A DNA stretch of 61,510 bases, filler included. It is 14 parts of 14 records of this genome, joined end to end, with 100 filler letters (N's around TTAATTAATTAA, not from the genome) between each part and the next. Parts side by side here need not be neighbours in the genome. Positions count along the whole stretch, not along the records: positions 6,686 to 11,101 come from SRR7504441_80794; positions 11,202 to 16,019 come from SRR7504441_81438; positions 16,120 to 19,938 come from SRR7504441_81974; 11 more parts are not named here. One strand, given 5' to 3'. Of this stretch, positions 8,532-20,038 are shown one piece after another. The notes beneath the pieces were generated by a model, which saw only the letters and a program-made list of their open reading frames with translations, was not told where the DNA came from and ran no database searches. Position numbers and translations under genes: made by a program. How positions within the stretch are numbered: position 1 is the first letter of the stretch; each line of letters opens with the position of its first letter.

Positions 8532-10227
8532 ATGGCGGCCCAGAAGGAGGGCCAGCAGGAGGCGGGGGCGGTGGCGTCTGACCCAGCCCAAAAGTTCTTC
8601 GGGAATTCGAATCAAATGAACGTGGTGGAGAAGCTCTCGTTCGTGCCCACGCTGGCGGTACTGATCCTGATGCTGCTGATGGTCGGAGACAGAGGCCGGC
8701 ACCAGCCCATGATCCGGGAGCTGGAGGGCGCACTCACCAGCTCCTACACGTGGCGGGCCGAGGCCAACCAGACGGGCCGGTTTGGGGCCAAGGAGATTGA
8801 TAACTTTGAGGATTACACAGCCTGGGCCCGGCAGGTGTTTGTCCCGGCCTTGACCACTTACGCTGCCAACCCGTCTGTCACATCGGACGAATACAGCACC
8901 GAGGTGCAGGCCATCTTCGACAAGGGCAATGGTGCTGTGCGGCTCAAAAACTTTGGGGCTGTGCGCGCCGGCCCATTAGTCATTCTGCAAGAACGGCGCA
9001 AATCAGAGTCCAGCGACGAGGAGAGCTCACAGAGCTTTTCATACCATCTGAATGGCGCCAAGTATACGTACCCGTCCGCTAAGTATGAAGATGAAATTAT
9101 AGCGTTTGTCGGAGCCAGCGGGTACTTTGGCACCTATGGCTCTGCTGGTTTCTGGGCCCCAGACACTGGTCTCTGCCACGCTCTGGCAGACTGTTCTGAA
9201 TTGAATACAATTGATAATGCGCCAGAGACGTATACCAGATACTTGACGGACACTCCAGAGTTTCTAGACGCAGATGGGGCATCACAAAGCTCGGTATGTG
9301 GAAACAGATCGTACTGTCCTGGATGGCTGAACAGTTCTATCACCAGTGCTGTTGTTCACAGTTTCATCATACTCAACCCCTATGCGAGGGACGAGGTACA
9401 TAGTTCATGACCTTATGTGGCCTCGGAATTGACCCTTGGTTGTTATGCGCAGTATGCAATGATCAACAGCTGCACTGCACTCATGGAGAACCCTGTTGCA
9501 GGCCGAGTTTTTGTGCACATGGACTGTGCTAACCTGGGGGACATCCCATCTGGTTACGACCTGTGGCTATTGATTGTATTGATTATTTATGCCCTGTTCG
9601 AGGCCGCCAGCATGTCGATGCTGAAACTTGACTACTTTATGAGTCTCTGGAAATGGGTTGACATCCTGCAGATTGTCCTGCTGATAGTTTTTCTGGTGTT
9701 GAGGCTTTCAATGCATACCTATATAGATGAGCACTTTCACGACAAGGATACATTTACTGTCGGGACAGTGGTACGTATGCAGGTCGCCGTTTTGATGGAA
9801 CAGACTGTCATCATTATTTTCGGGGTTGCTTCCTTTCTAGTCGGACAGCAATACGCCAAGTCCAGGAAGTAAGCAATAGTCAGCCTTTTTGTCAAGGCCT
9901 AGCCGATGCTGATTTAAATACTTACAGATGGACGAAAAATACAAGAAGGATCGCCAGGAGCAGCAAGACCAACAAAAGCGAGACTCATTAGAATGCCAGC
10001 TGCAAACGCTGGCAGTGGAATCGCGACACCTAACAAAACTGATGGAGCACATGTCGGTGAGGTTCTCCACATTTAGCATTGTGAAGCAGCAGGCAGACAC
10101 ACTTGAAAGCGATTTCAATAATACTAACAAGGTTGTTCTGGATTGTATGCGTAAGACTGCAGAGCATTTAGAGAGGCTAGTCCGAGAAAAGGAGCAAGAG
10201 GCAAAGCTAGAGTTGCATCCTATTTGA
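8532..10227 (+). CDS. Polycystin/PKD2-like membrane protein (S1, TOP domain, S2-S4, coiled-coil tail), pore helices not seen
   Basis: EIDNFEDYTAWARQVFVPAL, GPLVILQER, GWLNSSITSAVVHSFIILNPY and DYFMSLWKWVDILQIVL resemble the polycystin TOP domain and S2-S3. Intron near 9396-9451. Confidence 0.62.
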
Positions 10228-10434
10228 AGTATGTACAGCGCGTTTAATGATATGAAAACGGACGACTTTCCGTCTTTTACATGCCCATGTAATCCATGTA
10301 TGAAGCAGTTAGCTAGCCGGGAGTTTACCGGGAGTTGATCATGAATGATGATCGTACGAGTCATACGTAAAGCTTACTTATTTATAATACCGTATTGGTA
10401 AGAGTGGTTTGAAACTCAAACTCGAACCGTGGTA

Positions 10435-11101
10435 TTAGGGCTTGCGAAACTCTAGACCCGACATGGCTGCATCACTGAATATTGACTCGTGCACCTCTCC
10501 ATTCTCCAGGCCGCACGTTTCATAGTAGCCGACTGCCCCCAGCCTAGTTGCTGCTGCCTCGCCCTCCATCTGGCTCACGCACTCGAACACTTCCGGGGCC
10601 TCGTGCGGGGTTCTGTGCCCTCTCGAACCGGGAGCGCTGGCTCCAACGGTCGGGATGGCAAGTCTGCTGTCTCTCAGGTCTTTCTTGCTCCCGACCAGCA
10701 GGATCGGCGCGCCGTCCACCTTGGGCATCACTTGGCTCCTCAGCATCTTCTCCAGTTCCAAAAGCGTCTGCCTGTCCGCCAAAGAGAATACGGCCACCAC
10801 CGCGTCCGTCCCATTGTACAGCAGCTCGCGGATGTGTCCGAACTCGCCCCGGCCTGGGTTCTCGATGGCCTCAAGCGCCACCACCTGCTCCAGCCCGTCG
10901 ATCTTCACTAGCATGTCCCGCCGGTGGGTCGTCGAGGCCGGCATCCCGCCCACATGCGACCCCGCCAGCGCGTGCGATGCCCTGGCCCGCGGTTACGAGG
11001 CCCAGCAGCTAGTCACTTGAGGTAGCGGTTCGCGTCGCGGCCGGTGAAGAACGAGTCGACCAACGCAGTCTGCCCGAGCTCAGCCCGGCAGCGCTCGGGG
11101 G
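10435..11101 (-). CDS. Atypical Rho-like small GTPase, 5' truncated by the contig end
   Basis: IRELLYNGTDAVVAVFSL, APILLVGSKKDLR (G4), GEAAATRLGAVGYYETC. G3 is degenerate (IENPGR). Confidence 0.7.
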
Positions 11102-11201
11102 NNNNNNNNNNNNNNNNNNNNNNNNNNNNNNNNNNNNNNNNNNNNTTAATTAATTAANNNNNNNNNNNNNNNNNNNNNNNNNNNNNNNNNNNNNNNNNNN
11201 N

Positions 11202-14200
11202 AGGCGCTCAAGGAGAGCGACCAGGGCCGGCTCAAGGACGGAGGCCTCCAGGCCATCGACCAGATGGCTGAAAGCATCTCACAGCTGGTGCACACAATGG
11301 CCGAGCGCGAGCTTGCAGAAGTCGACCCAGAGCGGCCGCTCCCGCCCTCGATCTGCGCCCAGGAGAACGCTGGCGAGTACCGGGACTTTGAATACTTCCA
11401 CCTGCTGCGGAACAGGGATCCGAGCAGGGGCGAGGAGATTGAGGACGACTATGCCGGGGCGGGCGGGGTGACCCAGACCCCTGAGCTGGTAGACCTGACC
11501 AAGCTCTACGCGCCGGGCTCGATCACGAGCATGATCCAAGTGATCCAGGCGCTGGCTGCAGTGGAGGAAGTTGTGGATAAACTAATGGCGAGAGCGTACG
11601 ACGACAAGGCGCAAGCCGCCTCTCACCTGATCATGCACTACCAAGTGATCAAGATCATCGGAGAATGCTTCACCGAGGTGGAAAGGGCCTGTCCGTTGCT
11701 GACTGGGTGGGGCTAGGTGATTCCGATCCCAGCAGCAGGCGATGCTCCGTGCATCTGGGCTCCAGTGACCGTGGAGATGCAGAAGGGGCTCTTGAAGAGC
11801 ATCTACCGGGCCATGTTCACCTACGGCCAGATGTGGCAGGACCTGGAGGAGCCGACCAGGATGGACGAGTGCGAGCGGGCCGTGGTGGTGGCCTGCATCT
11901 ACGCGTGCTTTGACAAAGCTGTCCGGACACCTGCTGTTGACGACATGCTGCCAGTCACAGCCCAGCTGCTGGACGATGGCGGCTACCACCTCCCAGTGTG
12001 CCTCGAGAGGCTGCGTGGTCAGCTCCCGCTGGTTCAGGGATCTGGCCGCTACGAGTTGTCGAATCCGATCTTGACAGAGGCGCGTGCTGCAGTTGTGGCC
12101 TACATGGAGTACTCGCAGCAGAACTGCCAATACGAGGTGTTCGACATGATGATCGAGCCCGGCCCGAACAAGGGCATGATCTACCTCAACAAAGACGAGC
12201 CAACCTGCACTTTTGTGCAGAATCTGGTTCTCCGTTGCGGGTACGAGCTGTCGCCCCGCGGCCAGTTCCGGCCCAAGAACGAGATGGAGGCTGTGGTCAT
12301 GTGGTTCTTCACGATCGGCGAGATCGCGCCCCCGCCGTACCACCAGCTGGGCAAGGAGCACCCAGAGTACATGTACCTGAGGGACATCTGCGCGCTGTTC
12401 AAGCACCTCTCATCAAGCATGCCACAAACGCGCGAGACGCTCACAATGGGCAAGGACCAGGACGTGAAGCAGTATGAATGGATCTTCGATCAAGGCACCA
12501 AGCGGCACCTGACGCGTCAGACCATTGGGCAGCTGTACTGGGAGGCCCTGGACCAGCCCGGCTACGACCCTTACCACACCAAGTGCCACGTGCAGGTGTT
12601 CTGGGAAGGTGGCAGGCAGCTCATCTGGGGCGAGGGCGAGACAATCAGAAGCCCTGCCGACACAGAAGTCATCTTTGGCAAGCCGTACATCACCGAAGAC
12701 GATGTGCTGCACACAGAATCTGCCCGGCTGATCGAAGTCAAGCAGATTGCTGGCACTCTGAACCCAGTCGAGGCCGAATCTGTGCTGTCCTTCCTCACTG
12801 TTCCGTATGTGCGAATCCCTCTGATCGTTGGATTCTTTGCCTCAAACGAGCGCACCTCTCTGCTGTTCCAGAAGCCGTTGCAGGAGCTGCTGCGTGCTGT
12901 GCTCTTTGAGCAGGGCCCGTGGGTGCCTGCAGAGGACAACGAGATCGAGAAGGTGCCGCTCCGGATGACAAAGCAGCAGGAGCAGGCGCACATGATGCAT
13001 GTAGCGCAGCACGCAGCAACCATGTCGCTCGAGCGCGAGTGCCTGGGTGCCCCGTCCGGGCTGCTGATGAATGAACTTCGCAGTTGCCCAGAAGGAACTC
13101 TCAAGCCGCTCATGCGCATGCTTCGGTACGTCGAGGAGGTGCAACATTCGTCAGTCCACTCCGAGGACGCCAAGTTCGTCATGTACATGATCTCGATCGC
13201 TATCAACGTGGAGAAGTACGTGATTCACGCACTAGGTGCGCCCGAACTGGTCGATCCCGCGGTGCTGGCCGACCTCCGCAAGTATCGCAACGAGCTTGCA
13301 GATTACCTGCGCGGGCTGGCCACTTCGATCCTGAAGCAGTGGCTGTTCGAGGCTTCTGCAGAGGTACCCTCGGGGTATCAGGCAAACCAGACAGCTCAGA
13401 ACATTCCGACTCTTTCGGTGGTCCATTCTTACCTGGCACTGTGCTGGGGCAACCTCGAGCCTGCCTCGGAGGACGAGGCTAATGTTGCCGCGATCTCAGT
13501 CAAGGTGGTGGGCGAGCTGCTTGGGCACATGGCGTTTGTGCGGACTTACCACAACTTTGGCCAAATCTTGGTCAACTTGGAGCTGAACGTTGATGACGCT
13601 TCGGACCCAAAGAAAGTCGAAGCCGCGTGCCTCAAGGCAATGATGCTCTTCATGCAGGTGCACGCTTTGCTTGAGACAGCAGGTCACTCAGTTGTGTGTG
13701 AATGCAGTCAAACGGTGTTCCTCCCAACAGGATCAACCGGGATGAGCTGAAAGGGTGCGCTAGAATCCAGCTTGCACTAGCATGCCTTGTCCACCTTGCA
13801 CATGATGATCTGTTTTACATCTTGAGCGCCATTACGATGCTCCCGGGGCCGCAACCTCGCTAGCGGGATGAGCTGAGATATGTACCTGATGCTTGAGTGC
13901 CCCCGCCGCTTGCTTGATGCCTGTGCTGGGCTGTGCGTGCTGAGCTGCTGCGGGCAGGTATCTCACTGGCGAGCCTCTTTGGTTCCGGTACGACAACAAA
14001 GTGGTCCGGGTGCCGCTTCCTGGGATCCAGGTGCTAGCTAGATCAATGGATTGATTTTGACTTCGATGGTGACCACAGGCTCTAAGGACTGGCAAAGCGT
14101 TCAAGCCTCCCCCTTGCGAAGTGCCCGAGTACGAGCTGTTTGGATCTCTGCAGCAGCACCGCCGCGCTCTCTTGGCATTCATTCGAGCCCAGCCGCCTCA

Positions 14201-15900
14201 GGTCGTCAATGCAATCTTCGACAATGTGCTCCACATTGCACTCGGCTCGGAGAATGACTCGGCACGGCTTGGAGGATGGAGCGAAGCCTCGCCTGGGGTT
14301 TTCCAGGCGAGCTTTTGACTGCCTGGCCGACCAGCTGAGCCGGTGGGCAGTGTGGCACAATGCGCTTTGATGTGCAGACGGCTGAGGTGCTGTCCGAGCA
14401 CGGCCAGACCTCGCCTGTGCCCGAATCAATGAGCTCCTTCCCAGACTTTGAGACCATCTTCTCCCGCGAGGCACTCCAATGCACTTGGCTCTACCAGCAC
14501 TCGCACCGCAAGTGACCGCCCAAACCAGTGCCAGGCTGCTGAATGGCTGTGGCAGGTGGGTAGAGGTCCTTGGGGCACTGGCTCGCTCAAACTCGTCGGC
14601 TATGACTTACGAGCTGCTCGAATGGGACGAGCCCGAGCCGCTTAGGCAAGGCGTTGGGTCCCCGACAATGGTACTCGACCCCACGCTGCCTCAGGACCCA
14701 ACACTGCCTTACGGAGACCCACTAGACGGCTTCTGGTACAATGGACAGCAGTACACGCGGCCATACCGGCACTATCTCACAGGAGAGCAGCAGCCGCAGC
14801 CACCGCCTCCAGCTGCCACTGAGGAATGGCTGGTCGAGATCCTCCAGCCAATCCTGGAGGTCGAATTCCCAAAGCAGCAGCCAATGAAGTGGCCGCTATT
14901 CATGCAAACAGAGACACTTGAGGAGGGCGCTGACCGGTGTCTGCTGCTCGGGATTGCTGGGTTTTCAGAGGTCGAAGAGGAGGAGCAGCGGCTCTGGGCG
15001 ACCTTCAAGGAAGTGGTGGTGCTCCGCCATCGCAAGGTCGTGCACGTGTACAACCTGGTGAGCCACGGCCGGAGGGCATACCGCACATTGGTGTGGACCT
15101 CCGACACTAGGTTCTGCCTCCGGTCGATGAAGCCAAAGTACTTTGACAACAAGAAGGTCAGGAAAGCCATAGTACACTGCTCAGGGACATTCGACCAACG
15201 GAGAGAGTATGCAGCATCACTGATCATCAAGCGGCAGAACCCAGTGATCGCAGGGCGCGAGATGTTGGTGCCACCTCGTCTGCTCGAGGGCCTGATCCCT
15301 GCAGCGCTCCTCGAATCGCACAGATTCTGGCAGGTTCACTGGCCTTAGGCTGCGCCTGACTCAAATTGTGTGTGTCAGGGAGAGGACTCTGTGCTGCGCG
15401 GGACCCCACGCGATGCGCGCGACGAGTGGTTTGACTTCAAAGTGGAGGTTGTTCTCGCCTGCAATGAGCACGGGGCATGGGTCGCCAAAATCACTCGAAA
15501 AGACCAGTCAGACTTCCACAAGATCGACTCGCCCTTCGCCTTCAAGTCGCCCCAGCTCTTCCGGCGTGCAACCAGCTCGGCGCTGACGCGCATGAACTCT
15601 CAGGCACTCTCGTCAACAGTCAAGCCGAATGTGCCAATCCTTGCACGGAATCCGTCGCTAGTGAGAACAGAGTCCACAGAGGTGCGTGTGGCACCGCTGA
15701 TCGAGCAAGGGTTTCCTCTGGAGGCCGCGGAGTACGCTCTGAACACATTCAGAAGGCCAGATGGCTCCGACAACTACGACCTGGCAGTCTCTTGGCTGTC
15801 TGACAAGCACAACCTGCCCACCATCAACCACATCGTCGCTGCCGACAAGACTGAGGCGCCTGTCAAGTTGTCACGTGCCAAGTCGCGCATGGGCGGTGTG
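11202..15900 (+). CDS. Internal fragment of a very large protist protein with a UBA-like domain near 15700-15800, multiple introns
   Basis: Chain of long + ORFs joined by short introns. ITEDDVLH..SFLTVPYVRIPLI recalls giant DUF3638/DUF3645-type protist proteins (from memory). LIEQGFPLEAAEYAL..YDLAVSWL is UBA-like. Confidence 0.6.
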
Positions 15901-15935
15901 TCTGGTGCCGGTGTGTCGTGGACCAGACCAATGGC

Positions 15936-16019
15936 GCCGCACCCCACCGACCTGGTGCTAACCCTAACCCTAACCCTAACCGCCGCACTCCACCGACCTG
16001 GTGCACCCTAACCCTAACC
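15936..16019. repeat. Composite minisatellite: 23-nt unit alternating with telomere-type (TAACCC)n
   Basis: gccgcac(c/t)ccaccgacctggtgc occurs twice, each followed by taaccc repeats, running into the contig end. Confidence 0.88.
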
Positions 16020-16119
16020 NNNNNNNNNNNNNNNNNNNNNNNNNNNNNNNNNNNNNNNNNNNNTTAATTAATTAANNNNNNNNNNNNNNNNNNNNNNNNN
16101 NNNNNNNNNNNNNNNNNNN

Positions 16120-17007
16120 GGTCAGCCGAGGACCAATGCACGCGCGGGGTCACCGGGATGTGCCGGGCGACGCTCAGAGCGTGTTCGGAGAGCATATTGG
16201 ATACATCAGGGAACTGACAACAGCGATCAGCCACATCGCACGTGGGGGGGCATGCACCATGATCTCGAAGGAGCACGCGTCAGAGATCTTGCGGGAGAAG
16301 GTGCCGGCCAGAAGATGCGCCAAGATCAGAGGAATGAACCAGAGTCGGATCAGCTGCCACGCGCTCATGAAATAGAGCATCGCTGGAACTGCAATAAGCC
16401 CAAATGCCCAGACCACGGCCACACTGGTCATCCGGCGCATGCTTGACCGGTCGGACAGCTTGAGATGTGAGAACATCCGGGCGATGAAGTGTTGGCCGCT
16501 CGCGGTGTCGGACGGTTCGAGCGGGTAAAGAAGCGGGAGAAGAGTGATCGCCCCGATGATGGTGTTGTAGTTCTCCAAGTGCCGGGGGAAGAAGCAGTTG
16601 GCGGCGCAGTTCTTGCCGACGATCAGCATCCCGGCCATCGCCATTGTGCTGATCATCAGACCGATCCCGTACCCGAGGATGCCGGAGAGCCAGAAGTGAT
16701 CGCCGTCAAAGTGCCAAATCACGGCGAGGCCGGCGGTGAGCATGAAGAAGACCTTGAACAGGACCCGGCATGCTTGGAAGATGTCCTCCTGGTCCACGAG
16801 AAGGGCCGCCAGGTCTTTCGGCAGCTCCTCCAGGGACATTGGAAGCTCCCGAGCCTTCGCTCGGAGGATGGCCACGTGCTCCTCGATCAGATCGTAGGCG
16901 TCGGTGGCCACGTTGGTGAAGCTCCTCTGGCGCTCCGTGGTACTCGGGTTGTTGGTTGGGGTGCGTCTCTCGTCCGGTGTAGCCGGAAGGGGACGATGGG
17001 TTGCCAT
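16120..17007 (-). CDS. Omega-6 (FAD6/DesA-like) fatty acid desaturase homologue lacking His boxes, 3' truncated
   Basis: LIVGKNCAANCFF..IIGAITLLPLLYPLEP aligns by eye to FAD6 VIGHDCAHKSF..IVGTLAFLPLIYPYEP. WQLIRLWFIPLILAH matches the W..VKFWLMPWL.YH segment. Confidence 0.65.
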
Positions 17008-18189
17008 TGGTGCAGTACCAAGACAAGGAAACGTGGCCTGCCCGCTTGACCTGCCAAACGGCAGGCCTCTATTGTGCGGTCAGCAGGGCTCCTCACGAGT
17101 GTTAAGCGGGGGTGGGGCTTGACTTGTTGCCTGACAATATCACTTATCAACAAGGGCAATCACCGGCTGGGGTCGCAGATTCGGCGCACACAGCACAATC
17201 GCTTCCGCAAGGTAACCCTGGGGCTGATTTGTGCATCTGTCAGCTCGTGATGTTGCTACCCTGTTACTACCCTGTGTTCTTTATTGTTGCCACTCAGTGC
17301 TGATAATTATGTAGCTCCAGTTTTGTTCACTTCAATGCTCGTTGCGTGCCTCATCGATTGCTGTTGCACAGTTGCCGGTGATATTGTTCTGAGCTGGACC
17401 CCGTCCGCGCAGGCTGGATGGCCCCAAAAAAGAATCACGGCTGGAAGAAGAGCCGTGTGGCTGGGCCGGGAGCGGATTGCGGTCCAGAGCGGATTTGCGA
17501 TGAGCGGGTTCGCGGAGTACGTCGAGGCGTGAGCTGCACAGACCCAGGGAGGGCTGCGACACTTGCTCGGTTAGTTAGAAGCCGAGGCTCTTTCCTGCCT
17601 CATTCAATTATTGAATGTGTGTGCCATTATGACGCTGCGGCATTCAGGTGTCAAAGGCCGATGGCACTAGCGAGTGCACTGTGACATCAACCCCTTGGAA
17701 GCTACGAACAGGTGTAGATGGACCTCGCCCTCCTTGGCCTGCCGATCTGCCAGGTGCGTTGGCATTGTTAACAGATAGCTGGTTTGCCACTCATTGTAAT
17801 CGCGGCAGGATGTGCAGCTTATTATAGTCGCACTTCAAGCTCATACGGTTCAAGCTCAAAGTTAGAGCTTTGAAGAACCTTTGAGACTTCAGTTTCAAAA
17901 TTGGATAAAAATTGAACGTATCATACGCAGTACATGCACAAGGCATTTACTCCGATACAAGGCTACAGCCCCTACGTACACCATTTTGCTACGGCACTAC
18001 TACAGCCCGTAGAGCAAAAATGTGTATAACTATTATTGCAATAAAGCAATAAGAATTACTGTATACTGTGCAAGTACGTCGAGTACTCGTAAATCAATCA
18101 TGATCAACACTTTATGTCATGCTTTACGTATTGCGTACTCGTACATGATTGTATTGATTTCGAGAAAATTTTAATTAGCTACAAAAGGT

Positions 18190-19729
18190 TTATAACATCT
18201 TGTTGATAAAGTCGCTCAGTCCGTGGAACGAGGCTTGGTCTAGCAGGTCGAAGTTCAGCTCGAGCTCGTCCGGGGCTGATTGATTTAGGATGATCTGATA
18301 CTTGTCTCGCACCTCTTCGACCAAGCTGCACCCCATCCATGAGCTCCTCGCTATCCGCCCGGCATGATGCACACCGAGACAGATTGACTGAACTCATCTT
18401 GTTGACCTTGGCTGCCAGCGCGTCTACCTGCTCGTTGGGCACCGCCCCGCCCGCCTGCAGGCACACAGCTCAGTGGCATTATCGGAGCCGGCCGCGCACT
18501 ATCGGCGCCGACGTGCTGATTGTCGCAAATTGGCCCTCAAAGATCTGTTCACAGGCCCTCGCCTGGTTGAAAATATACGTGCCCTCCATGTTGAACCTCA
18601 TCGCGTTGATGAACACCTAGCCCTGGTCAGGCTCGCCCGATCTCGAACCCACCTGCCGCACATCCGAGGCAAACTCCTCCGGGCTCGAGTACTCCCCCGC
18701 ATCTAGCCACTTGCGGACGGTGCCCAGGTCCATCAGGGTGCCGCCGACTTCGCGTGGGTACTGGGCCATGTCTAGCATGAACCAATCCACTGGTGCGCGC
18801 AGGTGCTCCGCGCACTCACTGGCCACAACCTTGTTCAGCACCTCGCGGCAGCTGTTGGTCCGCTCGAGGTCCATCGTGGCGTTCGACCGACGGGGCGGCG
18901 GTGCATTCGGGTATTGCCAGTCTCTGATCGCCTGATCCTTCAGCAGCTTCTGGTGCACACTGAAGTAAGCGGTCTTGAGTCTATTGGCCATCGCTGCGAT
19001 CTGATCGCCAGGCGCCTGGTTGAACAGGAGAGCGTTGGCCATGACGAGGCACACGTCCGACGCGAACTCGTCAAAATGCTTAAAGTCGTATCTGCTCAGC
19101 CGTTTCTGCCCGCGCGGCTGGCCCCCGGCCTGCAGACGGCCCACCTGTATGGTGCCGAAATCCATCGGGTGCTTGATCACCTGGGGGTAGGTCGGGACGC
19201 CCTGACCGCCGGTGAGAGCGCAGGTCTGTGTAGCCCAAGACCATTGCAATCGGATCGACCGGCATCATGAACGGCCCGGCGTCATTCTGGTGCTTGTTGA
19301 TGAACTTCTTCAGCTCCTTGGCGCAGAGGTCGTGCGCCTGGCCGGCTGCTCGAGCCTGCGGGGCCGGAAGGCGCACCTTCTGCGAGTTCACCATGTCCCA
19401 CCTGCCCCTCTGGCCGTCTGACCGGCGTGACAACCCTCCCCTCCAAGCCGATCGGGAGACGGCTGGCTCGAAGTGTCGCAGCGATTTTGCCGTTGGACGG
19501 CTACGATCCGGACAAAACTTTGCGGGCGCGGACTACGCGACTATTTTGTGTGTGTCAGCCTACAGTGCGGCGCGGATGCAGATACCTGGGGGGGGGGCTA
19601 GCCAAGTGTGCCGGCTGCGCGCGTCGGGCCCCCGAGCTCCCCGGTGGGGCCACTGCACCCCCGGTGCGGACCCCCAGTGGGGCCGCGGCACCTCCGGTAG
19701 GGCTCCGGCGGCGGTGCAGACCTGGCCAT
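18190..19729 (-). CDS. BET-family protein (two bromodomains + extra-terminal domain), start approximate
   Basis: AGPFMMPVDP..YPQVIKHPMDFGTI..VMANALLFN, a second bromodomain APVDW..MDLGTVRKWL..EFASDVR..FINAMRFN, and ET motif DELELNFDLLDQ. Confidence 0.88.
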
Positions 19730-20038
19730 GGACCTGGCTGATGCTGTTCTGACTGTACTGCTGCGATCACTCGAGTGCGCGTGGGACGTAGGGTAGGCTG
19801 TCGGGGCCTTTCGTGCACGAGAGTATCTCCGGCAACTTTTTCAATTTTATCGTATTGAAAAAGTAGATGTGCATGTATCGATACAGTGCATCAATAGATC
19901 AATAGTACAATTGAAATGTGATTTGACCCGTGTAAGCGNNNNNNNNNNNNNNNNNNNNNNNNNNNNNNNNNNNNNNNNNNNNTTAATTAATTAANNNNNN
20001 NNNNNNNNNNNNNNNNNNNNNNNNNNNNNNNNNNNNNN

